From assembly GCA_000092065.1 (NCBI GenBank), contig CP000590.1: a stretch of DNA of 64,000 nucleotides; one strand, 5' to 3'. Position numbers and translations under genes: made by a program. The notes under the pieces are model-generated. The model was given only the letters and a program-made list of their open reading frames with translations. It ran no database searches and had not been told where the DNA came from. This DNA is from Ostreococcus lucimarinus. Its lineage: Eukaryota. Each line of letters opens with the position of its first letter. The first letter of the stretch is position 1. Shown here piece by piece: positions 1-10,299 of the stretch.

Positions 1-6
1 GAGGCT

Positions 7-3000
7 GTGAGCGTTCGCTTGACGCATCCCTCTGGTTCTCAAGAAGCTATTCCGGTCACGTTGTCAAGGGATAACAAGTGTTATACCGCCAAGATCCGCT
101 GGCTCCATCCTGGTCACCACTCTGTGAACATCATGTTGGACGGTGTTGTGGTTCCAGGCACGCCAGTTCGCGCCAACGCAGAGGGTAAAAAACTCGCTCT
201 TATTTCATCAGCTCTTGTCGGCGATGGTGCCACAACTGCCACCGCCGGAGAAGATGCCGAGTTTACGCTTCTCGCTCGCGATTACGGAGGAAACCAAATT
301 AACAAGGGCGGCGCTGACTTGGCGATTTCTTGTCGAGCCAGTGGCAGAGAACCAATTGCTGGTGAAATCCATGATAACGGCGACGGCTCGTACCGCTGCA
401 TCTACTCGAGTACGATTGCGGGCGATATCGAAGTTGTCTTAACGTTAAATGAAGGCACGACGCAGACGAAGCGTTTGATCAACGTCAAATGCGAAGCGGC
501 TGAGTGCGAAATCAGCGAATGTCGTGTTGACGCTGGTAAAATGATGTTACTTTGGAATGCGGGAGACGCTGGTCTAATTCGCGTCCAACGCCGGGACAAG
601 TATGGTAACCCGACGACTAAAGATACCGCAAATGGTCTTAACCGTTTCGCCGCCGAAGTTGTCGGGCCAGGATGGGCTGACTGTGAAGCCTTGGAGCTTG
701 GCGATGGTTCGTGCGAACTTCGACTTGTCGCTCAGGCTGCTGGGTCCTACGACATCTCTATCGTCGCCTTGGCAATCGATGAAGAAACAATGACCCCACT
801 CGATGTTCCATCCGTCGAACTCACGTCTTTCAGCGCTATGGTGAGCAGTCAAGAGACTTTCCCGTCTTCTTGCGTCGCCCGAATGGCACTTGTCAACGGC
901 GGTAAAGAGGAAACGCTCGCCGAAGTGGACGCCGATATTACGCTGCCGTCCACCATCATGGCAGGGGATGATATTGCGATGCACGTCTTATCACGCGACT
1001 TGCACGGGAATCACACTAACTGGCTTGGCGGCGAACGTATCGCCGTTCACGCACGCGGACCCATCGAAGTTCCGTTCGTTCCGATGGATGCGGTCGGCTC
1101 TTTCACGGCGGTCATCACAACGGCCGGAGCCTACTCGGTCGCCGCCCTCGTCGGCGACTGTGCGTGCAACGGATGGCCAAGAATCTTGCAAGTCGTCGCT
1201 GGTCCGTGTAACCCGGACAAGTGCACGGTAAGTGGGGATGCGCTCGGTAATTGTGCGACAGCGACTCCTATTTCGCTGTTGATGCAAGCTACGGACCAGT
1301 ACGGTAATCCGCGATCGCTTGGCGGTGATTTCATTGAAGCAGTGCTGATCAACGAAGACGAAGGTACCATTGATACACAGATAATCGACAATACCGACGG
1401 TACTTACACAATTAATTTCGAGCTGGACATGCCGATTGAGCACGAGCTGTGGATTTCTGCCAATGGCCTGCGCGAGAAACAAAGTCGCTACAGCTTGATG
1501 CCCAGCCTTGGCGCGCTGCAAGCGTCGGATTGCGTCATCAACGGTCTCGGCGGCGAGCGGTTGTGTCTCGCCGATCGCTCGACACTTTTCGTGCAACCAG
1601 CGAATCCGAGTCGCGTAATGAGTGGCAGGGAAGCCGTGGTGGTGTCTGTTCGCATGCCGAGCGAAATGTCCTTCAACTTGCCCCTGAAGTTTGAAACCGA
1701 TTCGCGAAGATTTTCGTGCCCTCTTCTTTGGGTTGAAGTCGGCGATCATCACATCACTGTCAATCTTGCTGGTGAAGTCGTTCCGGGTTGTCCATTCATG
1801 GTTCGTGTTCGAGATCCAGATGAAGAATTTGAGGAAATCGAAGGCGAGGAGTCGCAGACGGCGATGACCATGGTTCCCGCGGATAACTCTTTCGGATTTG
1901 TCTACACCAACGACAAGACGGCCGTCGCCGCTGCGCAAGCCGCGAGTGGCATCGGCACGACAGACGTGGACCCGGACGCAGAAGACGAAGACGATGAAGA
2001 TGCCTTCACATTTGGAACCGCACTCAACCCGCCACCTCCGCAACAAGTGGATTCGACCATCGCCATTATCCGCAAGCTCGAGCTCGAGGATGCAGGTGAT
2101 GCGCTCTCTGATATGCGCCCGGAGGTTGCCGCGGCGGTTTTGCAGCGCTTGAATCCACAAAAGGCTGCGTGTGCTGCGGCGATGATGTCTCAGACTGAAC
2201 TTAGTGCAGCGGTGGTAATGATGACGGAGGAAAGCGTATTGAGCGTGCTCAACGACGCGCCACCGGCCGCACGTGCGTCTATCATCGAATCTTTACCACC
2301 CGCTGCTGCGGCACAAGTGATGAATGGTATGGATGCCCGCGCCGCTTCCTTATGCGTCAATAAGCTCATTGATCCCGACGTTGCCGCGGCAATCATCGCT
2401 AAGATGAAACCCACAAAGGCAGCCGAGATGATGCAGTTTATCCCAGCTGATGCACAGAAGGCAATTTTGATCGAACTCGACCCGGTATCCATGTGCGCAT
2501 TGGTCACTGGTGCGTATGAGCCGACGGCGGCGGATGCCATCAGGCGAGGCCTGCAAGTGTCCCCGGACACGGTCAGTATCATCTTTACCACCGCTCCGGC
2601 GGAAGAGTGCGCTAAGATGGTCCGAAACATGCAACTTGACGCTCAAGGTTGTGAAATTGCAGCCGGTGCTATGCAGCGCGCCGCGCGAACGCATCCTCGT
2701 GCCGTTGAAAATATTCTCGCCATGACGAAGATGACCGCCGTCGACGGCGGCGCCGCCATCAAGGCAGCCGTGTTGAGACAACCGGGTGGTGATGTGATCG
2801 TCAAGAACGCCGAAACGAGTATAGCAAAGGGCGAGATTGAAATCCCCGCGCCCGTCGTGAAGACAAGGCAAGCCAAATTTAAGTGGGGTGGCACCGGTCT
2901 TAAGCCGAGTAAGACTGCATCCGAGCGCGCGGCGCGTTCGCTCGCCGGTATGGCTCCAAAGGTGTCTGCTCAAGCGCTCGCCGACATGCGTCCCGGTGCA

Positions 3001-6000
3001 GCGGGCGCGGTGCTCGCATCGATGGACTCTGAACGTATCTCCAGTATCATCTCCGTTATGGATCAGAATGTCATGGCGAGCGCGGTCGGAAGTATGGAGG
3101 CTGAAGAGGCATTACGCGTCATCAGCAGCTCATCGAATGCGGCGCGCGTGACGATTGTTGAAGCGCTCCCGGCTGGCGCGGCAGGATCCATCTTGAGTAT
3201 GTTACCGGCAGACGAAGCCGCGGACTTGCTTCGAGCCATGGACGCCAGCGCCGCCATTGAAGCAGTAAGCTCGATGCCCGCCAAGGCGGCTGCACTTGCC
3301 TTGCAAGAGCTCCCTGATGATCAAATGTCGACGTATTTGCTCACGCTTCCACCGAGCACGGCGGCACCTATCCTCTCGCACATGTGCGAGAGAGAAGAAG
3401 GCCGAGTGAGTGCATCCAAGGCGTTACAGCTGTTGAGCACGCTCAACGCAGATAAGACTACATTACACATCAGTGGAATGTTGCAACGAGATCCGAAGAG
3501 CACAGCGAAAATCATGACCGAACTCACCCAAGACGCTCGCGCAGCTGTGTTGGGTGCCTTGAACGCAAAGGATGCTGGCAAGGCGCTTCAATTCTTGGGG
3601 CCTCAAAATGCCGCATCTTCGCTCGTGGCTGCGGTAGCTGCGGGTACGAGTCCAGCGATTGCCGCAGTTGCACTCGAATCGTTGGCACGCCTCGGTGTTT
3701 GGCCACCAAGCATTGACGTACCGCGTTCTGGCGCCAAAGTGCGAGGTCCGCTTGCTGACGTCCTGTTGGTCATGTTCGAGCTTGAGCCTGAAGCAGCAGC
3801 GCAAGTACTCACCGCGCTCGATCCCGATGTCAGCGCATCGGCCGTCGGAGCAATGACCCCTGCAACTGCTGGTGCACTCGCGAGTGCCATCCCAGATCCA
3901 AAGGCTGCTGCGCTCTTGTTGGAGTCAATGCCGCACGCCAAACGGGCGGCGATGATCATCAAGATGCGTCCGCAGCCCGCCGCGGATGCGGCATCGAACA
4001 TGGAAACAGAGAACATCCTCGCTGTGATGAAAACGCTGTATGAAACGTTGGATCCGGCGACAATGTCGATTGCGAACGACATCATCTCGAAGATGGAGCC
4101 TTTCAAAGCTGGTTCCGTCGTTGCGGGTCTGGATGAAGCACACGCTGTCCGCATAATGTCAGCGTTGCCTCCTTTGGTTGCTGCCGCCTTGATTTCCAGT
4201 GGTGGTCTTCCGAGTGACAAGGCTGGTACATTCCTCGATCGCGTGAAGGTAGATCAAGCGGAGAATGTCCTTGCGGCACTCCCTCCGACTCTCGCGGAGG
4301 AAGCCGTGCAGAAGGTGTCAAGCACCGAGCTCAAGTCGAAGACGGCGTCTCGCACGGTGGTGCACCTGACCTCATCCCACATCTCAGGTCCTGGATGCGA
4401 AGAATGCGTCGCCGGTCTGGAAACCAAGTTCATCTTCGAAAGCACCAATCCAGGTGGTGTCCGAATCCACAAGGGTGGCGCGACATTGCAGTGCACAATC
4501 CATCATTTGACCTTCAAGTCGCAAGATGGGACGAACAGCGTGGATTTCATTCGAGGCGAAGGCAAACACGTGCAGGTGCAAGACATGATGAACGGTGCGT
4601 ACGAGTTCCCTTACAAACTCGATAAAGCCGGTGAATATGATGCCATGATTACGTCTGCTGGGCAGACTCGCGTCGTGCGAATCAGGTGCAAACCAACGAT
4701 ACTTGATCCGACGCAGTGCTCGGTGGTGCCGGTTGAGGAAGGAACCACATGGCGGGCGGGTGAAGTCCTCGTAGTCAAGGTGCTTTGTCGAGATCGATTC
4801 GGAAACGATGTTGCGCCACCGAAACAGGGTGATGCTGGTGTTGATTTCGTCTTGCTGGCGGATGGAGAAGGGCCGAGCGTCGTCGAGGCAGAGGTCGTCA
4901 ACGACCCAGCGGGTGTCGGCGCCTTCGCGAAATTCCGCGCGACGGAGTGCGGCAAGTACTCGCTTCGCATTTTTACGGCAGACGTCGCTCGTCAATGGTG
5001 GGGTGGTGTACAACGCGACTGCATTCAAGGTGCACCGATCGACATCGTTTTGACGGCCACCGCCGCAGATGCCTCGCGCTCAAGCGTGCAGCTCAGCGGC
5101 ATTCGTGAACGAGGTGGTGGCATGCTTCTCGGTTTGGCTGGTCGACAAATGGCCATCATCATTTTCGCCAGAGACAAGTTCAACAACGAAGCAGTCTTTG
5201 ATAATCAAAGACTGCGTGTTGACGCTGTCGGTGTCGCTACTTCTGTATTTAGCCTTACCTCGAAAGAGCCCGGAGAAGCAATGTTTACGAGTGCACTCCA
5301 GCGAGCAGGTACTTACTCGCTTCGCGTGACTGTGGACGGTAAGCCCGTGCACGGTTTCCCCCGTAACTTGCAGGTTGTTGCCGCTCAAACGGATCCGCGT
5401 TTCTGCTCTATTCGTGGAGATGCGCTCAACACTGTCGTTGCAGGCGAAGTCACGAAGGTTCTCGTGAATGCTGCGGATCGGTACCAAAACGTCTGCCTCG
5501 AAGGCGGTGATAGACTCACGGCGCGCCTTCTCGGTCCGGCGGGTTCTATCGATGCTGATACTTCTGATTTCGGCGATGGTACGTACCGATTGTCGTTCGT
5601 CGTCCCACGGGCTGGTGAGTGGAGAATCTTCTTAGCGGTTAATGGCGTGGAGAATCCGAAACCCGCGACTTCATTCGTCGCTTCCCAAGGCGGCTTGACG
5701 TCAAAGCAGCTCATGCTCATTCCAGCCGACAAGCGTGACGAGTACATGGTGGGTTCTGAATCTGAATTCTTCATTCAGTCCATCGATTACGAGGTCGGAG
5801 GTCTCGAAGTGAACGGCCATGAGGCTATCTGTCTGCGATTAATCGCACCCTCTGGCTTGTCCACGATTGTTCCCTTGAGGTTGACCAAAGACAAGGCGCG
5901 TTACCGCGCCAATATAATGTGGCCTGAAGTGGGCTCGCATTCGCTCATCGCGGCTTTGAACGGCGAAACTGTCGTTGGATGTCCATTCTCTGTGCAAACC

Positions 6001-7383
6001 GCCGCAGCACAGGTGTACGTCCCGGGATGTAAGATGACTGGCGCGGGCTCGACGAAGGCTGTCGCGGGCGAACGAGCGTCGTTCATCGTTGAGGCACGAG
6101 ACAACAGAGGCAACCGCATGATGGGAGGAGGCGCTACTCTGAGCGCCGTCGTACGATCTGCGTTGACCCCGGGGAAATCAGTCAAGGCCACCATACTTGA
6201 TCAAGGAGATGGTACGTACGTGTGCAGCTACACGATTAACAAAGCTGGTCCGTTCACCATCGTTGTGTCCTCACCCAACTCGCAAGCAACGCTCAGCGCC
6301 ACGTGCGTTGCCGGACCAGCGGACCCAGCATACTGCCGAATCGACGCGAGCGACGTCAAACAGATTGAAGCTGGTACGCGCGGCATCGTCAAGGTGTTAC
6401 GCGCCGATCGCTTCGATAACTTAATTCCCGCTGGTGCGGAGTTGATGCCATTCCGCGTTGAAGTCACTGGCGTCGGCCCGGCGGATGTCGAAACCGTCGA
6501 AGCAGGAGACGGTTCGGCAGAAGTTCGATTCGAGGCTCGTGCAGTCGGTCGATACACTCTTTACGTGTGGAGCGGCTTCAAACGCGAACCGGTGTTGGGT
6601 TCTCCGTGCGAGATTCAAGTCCTACCCAGTCAGCCCGCGGCTTCATCCTGCAAGGCGCAGTTACAAGGCGCCGAGTTCAAAGCTCAAGGCGTCTACAGCG
6701 CGCAAGCGGGTACCACTGTCACGGTGCGCATGCAACCGCGCGACAGATTCGGGAACACCACGGCTTGGAAGTCCTGGCAAACACTCAGCGTTACCGCGAG
6801 TGGTACCGAAGACATAACGTTTACAGAAATTGATGATCAAGAAGCAGTCTCGTCCCGCGGTGTGTTTTCTGCGACGTTTTCGAAAGCCGGCGCGTACGTC
6901 GTCTGGGTTACCGTCGGTGGACAAACCATCGTCGGCTGGCCGCGAGTCGTGCAAATCATTCCGGGCACCACCAACGCCAACGTCTCTCAGCTTCGTCCCG
7001 AGGCCGATAGTATGGCTCTCGCCGCCGAACTGGTGCGCCACGGTGGAAACGACGCTTCTCTCATCGACGCGCTCGGCCGTCAATCCACCGACGTGGACAA
7101 GCTGCGCGGTGAGATGATCGCTTTGAAGCAAAAGTTGGCTTCCTACGAACGCGCTGAACACGACGCGCGTCAGCGTGGCACAATAGATCCCACCGCCACC
7201 GCGCTGACGACTGAGCAAGTGGACAAGAAGAATATGAAAACCATGCAGTTGATGGTCGCCGAGACCGAGTCCGATAGAGGCACGCTCGACTCCGCCAACG
7301 ACGACGACGAGTTCGGCGACGCGTCGCCATTCTATGATGACAACGTTGACGACGCGGAGTTTGAAGACGCACGATCGCCGTGA
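7..7383 (+). CDS. Giant filamin/ABP280-repeat protein, 5'-truncated at window edge (>=2458 aa). Filamin-repeat block I is ~nt 7-1800 and an acidic linker ~1800-2100. An Ala/Met-rich helical repeat array of ~16-aa units resembling MgtE_N/FliG-type repeats spans ~2100-4320. Filamin block II is ~4380-6990 and a coiled-coil/acidic tail ~6990-7383.
   Basis: The frame is open from the window edge, and the track's M at nt 7 is GTG, so the gene continues upstream. There are many Ig-like filamin repeat signatures (HDNGDGSYRCIYS, DNTDGTYTINF, FGDGTYRLSFVVPRAGEW, LDQGDGTYVCSYTINKAGPF). The central region has repeated xMxPxxAAxxLxxL units (LSDMRPEVAAAVLQRL, LADMRPGAAGAVLASM, MRPQPAADAASNME). The call is from motif recognition only. 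Confidence 0.7.
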   Translation: MSVRLTHPSGSQEAIPVTLSRDNKCYTAKIRWLHPGHHSVNIMLDGVVVPGTPVRANAEGKKLALISSALVGDGATTATAGEDAEFTLLARDYGGNQINKGGADLAISCRASGREPIAGEIHDNGDGSYRCIYSSTIAGDIEVVLTLNEGTTQTKRLINVKCEAAECEISECRVDAGKMMLLWNAGDAGLIRVQRRDKYGNPTTKDTANGLNRFAAEVVGPGWADCEALELGDGSCELRLVAQAAGSYDISIVALAIDEETMTPLDVPSVELTSFSAMVSSQETFPSSCVARMALVNGGKEETLAEVDADITLPSTIMAGDDIAMHVLSRDLHGNHTNWLGGERIAVHARGPIEVPFVPMDAVGSFTAVITTAGAYSVAALVGDCACNGWPRILQVVAGPCNPDKCTVSGDALGNCATATPISLLMQATDQYGNPRSLGGDFIEAVLINEDEGTIDTQIIDNTDGTYTINFELDMPIEHELWISANGLREKQSRYSLMPSLGALQASDCVINGLGGERLCLADRSTLFVQPANPSRVMSGREAVVVSVRMPSEMSFNLPLKFETDSRRFSCPLLWVEVGDHHITVNLAGEVVPGCPFMVRVRDPDEEFEEIEGEESQTAMTMVPADNSFGFVYTNDKTAVAAAQAASGIGTTDVDPDAEDEDDEDAFTFGTALNPPPPQQVDSTIAIIRKLELEDAGDALSDMRPEVAAAVLQRLNPQKAACAAAMMSQTELSAAVVMMTEESVLSVLNDAPPAARASIIESLPPAAAAQVMNGMDARAASLCVNKLIDPDVAAAIIAKMKPTKAAEMMQFIPADAQKAILIELDPVSMCALVTGAYEPTAADAIRRGLQVSPDTVSIIFTTAPAEECAKMVRNMQLDAQGCEIAAGAMQRAARTHPRAVENILAMTKMTAVDGGAAIKAAVLRQPGGDVIVKNAETSIAKGEIEIPAPVVKTRQAKFKWGGTGLKPSKTASERAARSLAGMAPKVSAQALADMRPGAAGAVLASMDSERISSIISVMDQNVMASAVGSMEAEEALRVISSSSNAARVTIVEALPAGAAGSILSMLPADEAADLLRAMDASAAIEAVSSMPAKAAALALQELPDDQMSTYLLTLPPSTAAPILSHMCEREEGRVSASKALQLLSTLNADKTTLHISGMLQRDPKSTAKIMTELTQDARAAVLGALNAKDAGKALQFLGPQNAASSLVAAVAAGTSPAIAAVALESLARLGVWPPSIDVPRSGAKVRGPLADVLLVMFELEPEAAAQVLTALDPDVSASAVGAMTPATAGALASAIPDPKAAALLLESMPHAKRAAMIIKMRPQPAADAASNMETENILAVMKTLYETLDPATMSIANDIISKMEPFKAGSVVAGLDEAHAVRIMSALPPLVAAALISSGGLPSDKAGTFLDRVKVDQAENVLAALPPTLAEEAVQKVSSTELKSKTASRTVVHLTSSHISGPGCEECVAGLETKFIFESTNPGGVRIHKGGATLQCTIHHLTFKSQDGTNSVDFIRGEGKHVQVQDMMNGAYEFPYKLDKAGEYDAMITSAGQTRVVRIRCKPTILDPTQCSVVPVEEGTTWRAGEVLVVKVLCRDRFGNDVAPPKQGDAGVDFVLLADGEGPSVVEAEVVNDPAGVGAFAKFRATECGKYSLRIFTADVARQWWGGVQRDCIQGAPIDIVLTATAADASRSSVQLSGIRERGGGMLLGLAGRQMAIIIFARDKFNNEAVFDNQRLRVDAVGVATSVFSLTSKEPGEAMFTSALQRAGTYSLRVTVDGKPVHGFPRNLQVVAAQTDPRFCSIRGDALNTVVAGEVTKVLVNAADRYQNVCLEGGDRLTARLLGPAGSIDADTSDFGDGTYRLSFVVPRAGEWRIFLAVNGVENPKPATSFVASQGGLTSKQLMLIPADKRDEYMVGSESEFFIQSIDYEVGGLEVNGHEAICLRLIAPSGLSTIVPLRLTKDKARYRANIMWPEVGSHSLIAALNGETVVGCPFSVQTAAAQVYVPGCKMTGAGSTKAVAGERASFIVEARDNRGNRMMGGGATLSAVVRSALTPGKSVKATILDQGDGTYVCSYTINKAGPFTIVVSSPNSQATLSATCVAGPADPAYCRIDASDVKQIEAGTRGIVKVLRADRFDNLIPAGAELMPFRVEVTGVGPADVETVEAGDGSAEVRFEARAVGRYTLYVWSGFKREPVLGSPCEIQVLPSQPAASSCKAQLQGAEFKAQGVYSAQAGTTVTVRMQPRDRFGNTTAWKSWQTLSVTASGTEDITFTEIDDQEAVSSRGVFSATFSKAGAYVVWVTVGGQTIVGWPRVVQIIPGTTNANVSQLRPEADSMALAAELVRHGGNDASLIDALGRQSTDVDKLRGEMIALKQKLASYERAEHDARQRGTIDPTATALTTEQVDKKNMKTMQLMVAETESDRGTLDSANDDDEFGDASPFYDDNVDDAEFEDARSP

Positions 7384-8888
7384 AAGTAAACACGGATAAC
7401 TGCAACTCATTGTACCGCGCGATCTACTCGCGCAGCGAGACCTCGCGCGGGCCGCGCGACCTCGTTCGCCGGTGTACTACTAATACCTCAATCCACCTTT
7501 TTAACCACCCTAGCGAGTACAGTAGCTCATAACGACACATCACACTACTATCTCACCTCTGGCCACGCGCGTCGACGCACCCCGCGCGCGATCGGTCGAT
7601 CGTTCAAGCGCGCGTTCGAACGATCGCTCGATCGACATCGTCCGCGCGGCCGTTCGCTCGCGCGAAACCCATCAACCGCGCATCGAATCCGTCGGTATCC
7701 GCGCGCGCCGTCGCGTCGCGCGTCCCACCTCCTCCCATCGCCGCCGTCGCGCCGCCTCCCATCGCCGCCGTCGCGCCGCCTCCCGTCGCCCGTCCCCCCT
7801 CGACCGCCCGCTCGAGTTTCGGATAGCGCGAAAAAGCGATTCGTCTACCCCCGACCGACGTCCGCGCGTACCGCGCGCCGCGCCGACGACCGACGCCGCG
7901 ATCGACGCCCGCCCGCATCGCATCGCGTATTACGCGCGTCCGCGACCCCATGAGCGTTTCGAGACTCGATCGCGCGCACCGCGCGCGTCCCGCGCCGGCG
8001 CCCGGGCGTCCGCGTCCGAGTAGCCCAATCGACGAAACGGCGAAAAAAAGGGGTCGCGTCGACGCGAGCGTTACGTCGCGGCGGCGCGATTCGCGTTAAA
8101 TACGACGCGATCGCCATGTAAATAAAGCGCGCGCCGTAACGCTCGCGTCGCGGGCCGCGCGGAGACGCGTCGCGTCGCGTCCGCGGAGACGCGTCGCCGC
8201 GCGTCGACACACCGAGTCGCGACGCGCGCGCGAGTCGGACGCGGCCGACGCGCGCGCGACGACATCGCCGAGATCGAGCCTCGCGAGCGTCCATCGCGGT
8301 GCGTGCGCGCGCGCGACGCGCGCGATGACGCGCGGTAGACGAATCGCTGAAAAGTACATTCATATCTTTTCGAACGGCGCGCGCGCGGCGACGGAACGAT
8401 CGCGCGAACGATCGCGCGCGCGCGAAACGCGATGGATGTACCTATTTGTCTTAGGGTCCACGTCCGCGCGCGGGACGACCCGACGGACGGTGTCGACTGA
8501 CTCGAGCGTCGGCGGCGCGCGCAGGTCATCTCGCTCGCTCGCGCGGGGACGCGGCGGCGCGGCGACGCTTCTTCGTTCGCTACTTTGCGTCGGGAAATTG
8601 AAAAGGCGCGACGAGATGTCGATGGAGGATGATTTAGAATTGCACCTCGCGGAGTTTATCGATGAAGAGGGGGCGTTCGACGAGTGGTGCGTGGACGACG
8701 CGGAGGGACGCGACGCGACGCGGGAAATCGACGGGACGGCGGCGAACGCGCGGAACGGCGAGCGCGAGGAAACGGCGAGCGCTGACGATTAGAACGACGA
8801 TGACGATGACGGAAATGACTGACTTTGACGCGTTTGTACGCGATGGATCAACCGTAGGTGCGAAGCTTCGATCGATTTCGACGCCTTT
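7384..8888. repeat. 1.5-kb CpG-rich low-complexity intergenic block (CGCGACGCG-type). It contains short tandem repeats, e.g. a ~24-bp unit ccatcgccgccgtcgcgccgcctc at ~7738-7800 and gcggagacgcgtcgc x2 at ~8141-8200. A 9-bp inverted repeat cgatcgttc...gaacgatcg lies near 7600-7630.
   Basis: Read directly from the sequence. All ORFs here are Arg/Ala-rich in every frame, and none has a recognisable domain. Confidence 0.6.
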
Positions 8889-8921
8889 GTGGATGACGAC
8901 GCGCTCGCGATCGAGTACGAC

Positions 8922-10130
8922 ATGACGCCGAGATCTGGGGGAGATCGAAAAAGCGCGCCGGCGAGAAATTCAACAAACTTGAAAACCCGTAAACGCGGCC
9001 TCAAGCGCGGCGTCGACGGCGAGCTGTCGCTGAATGAACACGTGTACGTGGAATTCACGCCCGAGGGCAAGTTCAAGATGCGCGATGGGGAGAAACTGAA
9101 AGGACAATGGAGCGCGGAGGAAGACGGCCGCCTCGCGGACCTCGTCGCCAAGTACGGCACGCGTAGATGGTCTCACATCGCGCGTGCGCTCGAAAACCGC
9201 GTGGGCAAACAATGCCGAGAGCGATGGAATAATCACTTAGCGCCTGATATAAAACGTGGATCGTGGAGCACGGAAGAAGAGGATACTTTCATCAGGGCGC
9301 ACGGCGAGCTCGGAAACAAATGGTCGGACATCGCCAAGCTTCTCGAGGGCAGAACCGAAAATAGCGTGAAGAATCACTGGAACGCAACGAAGCGGCGCAA
9401 GGATGGTGACATGTCGAGATTTCGTGCATACGTTATAGAAACCAGTGACAAACAGCAACGAGATGGTGTAGAAACGACACCACGCTCGAAGAGTCAGTCG
9501 ATGACGGCGAGCGACTCGCTCGGGAGCTCGATGAGGCGCCCGACGCGACCATCCAGTCCGAGTCAAAGCCAGTCGACGATTAAGCCCAATGTGGATAAGC
9601 TGGTGAATACAGAAACGCACGACTCAAACGCATCGACGCAAGACGGTATGCCGATGAATCGTGCTCAAGCGCGATCGGTGGATATGCTCGACGGCTCGAT
9701 GGCGGCGAACACGTTCATTTACGTCGACGCGAAACTGGTCCCGGCATTACACGACTGCATCGTCGTCAAGGCTCCTGGGAACGCGCACGATTTCATCGAA
9801 ATTCTCAACAGTCACGAGCAACTGGTGCAAGACCGAACTCACGCCGACGACAGCCGCATCGAAGTGGCGTCGTACGCGTCCACCATCCCGCTGCCGTCTG
9901 CGCTTCTCGCCGACGCGCTTGGCACGCTCAGCGGTTTGATCGACGCCGTGCGTCGACACTGCAGCGTCGTCAGCATCGCGCTTGCTGTAAAAAGCGGGGA
10001 TCACGCCATTCTGAAGCGGTTTGGAGGCAACTGTTTCATGGTATCCGTCTCCGCGCGCAAGTGGGAAGACGCCATGCAAGGCGTCAAGCTCGCCGTGCGA
10101 CACATCAAAGACGTCAGCGCGACGTCTTAA
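8922..10130 (+). CDS. R2R3-MYB transcription factor. The track ORF begins at 8889 with GTG; the first in-frame ATG is 8922.
   Basis: There are two canonical MYB repeats with regularly spaced Trp: KGQWSAEEDGRLADLVAKYGTRRWSHIARAL-NRVGKQCRERWNNHL and RGSWSTEEEDTFIRAHGELGNKWSDIAKLLEGRTENSVKNHWNATKRRK. Confidence 0.85.
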   Translation: MTPRSGGDRKSAPARNSTNLKTRKRGLKRGVDGELSLNEHVYVEFTPEGKFKMRDGEKLKGQWSAEEDGRLADLVAKYGTRRWSHIARALENRVGKQCRERWNNHLAPDIKRGSWSTEEEDTFIRAHGELGNKWSDIAKLLEGRTENSVKNHWNATKRRKDGDMSRFRAYVIETSDKQQRDGVETTPRSKSQSMTASDSLGSSMRRPTRPSSPSQSQSTIKPNVDKLVNTETHDSNASTQDGMPMNRAQARSVDMLDGSMAANTFIYVDAKLVPALHDCIVVKAPGNAHDFIEILNSHEQLVQDRTHADDSRIEVASYASTIPLPSALLADALGTLSGLIDAVRRHCSVVSIALAVKSGDHAILKRFGGNCFMVSVSARKWEDAMQGVKLAVRHIKDVSATS

Positions 10131-10299
10131 ATGCCTATAAATTATTCGTCACACATGCTCAAATTGTGCACGGTGTACCATTTATCAATCTTTCGATCAA
10201 GGATAAACAGCTCGCTCGCTCGCTCACAAGCTCGCACGCACCGCCACACCCGTCAAATTCATTTGCAATGTCACATTAATCATTCTAAGCTACTACGCG

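Noticed and set aside
991-2160. Long ORFs on the opposite strand or in alternate frames of real genes. Examples are 991-2160(-), 10525-11709(+), 10724-12142(-), 16912-18354(+), 31919-33772(+), 40668-42284(-), 53619-55021(+) and 57805-59080(-).
   Set aside because: They are Arg/Ala/Ser-rich low-complexity translations produced by GC3-skewed codon usage. Stop codons are rare in GC-rich DNA. They have no domains and overlap well-supported genes, so they are not called.
8325-8792. Acidic ORF (…MSMEDDLELHLAEFIDEEGAFDEWCVDD…) upstream of the MYB gene as a separate gene.
   Set aside because: There is no domain, and it ends in a stop ~100 bp before the MYB ORF. It may be a uORF or 5' exon but cannot be supported from sequence alone. 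It is mentioned under the finding for 7384-8888.
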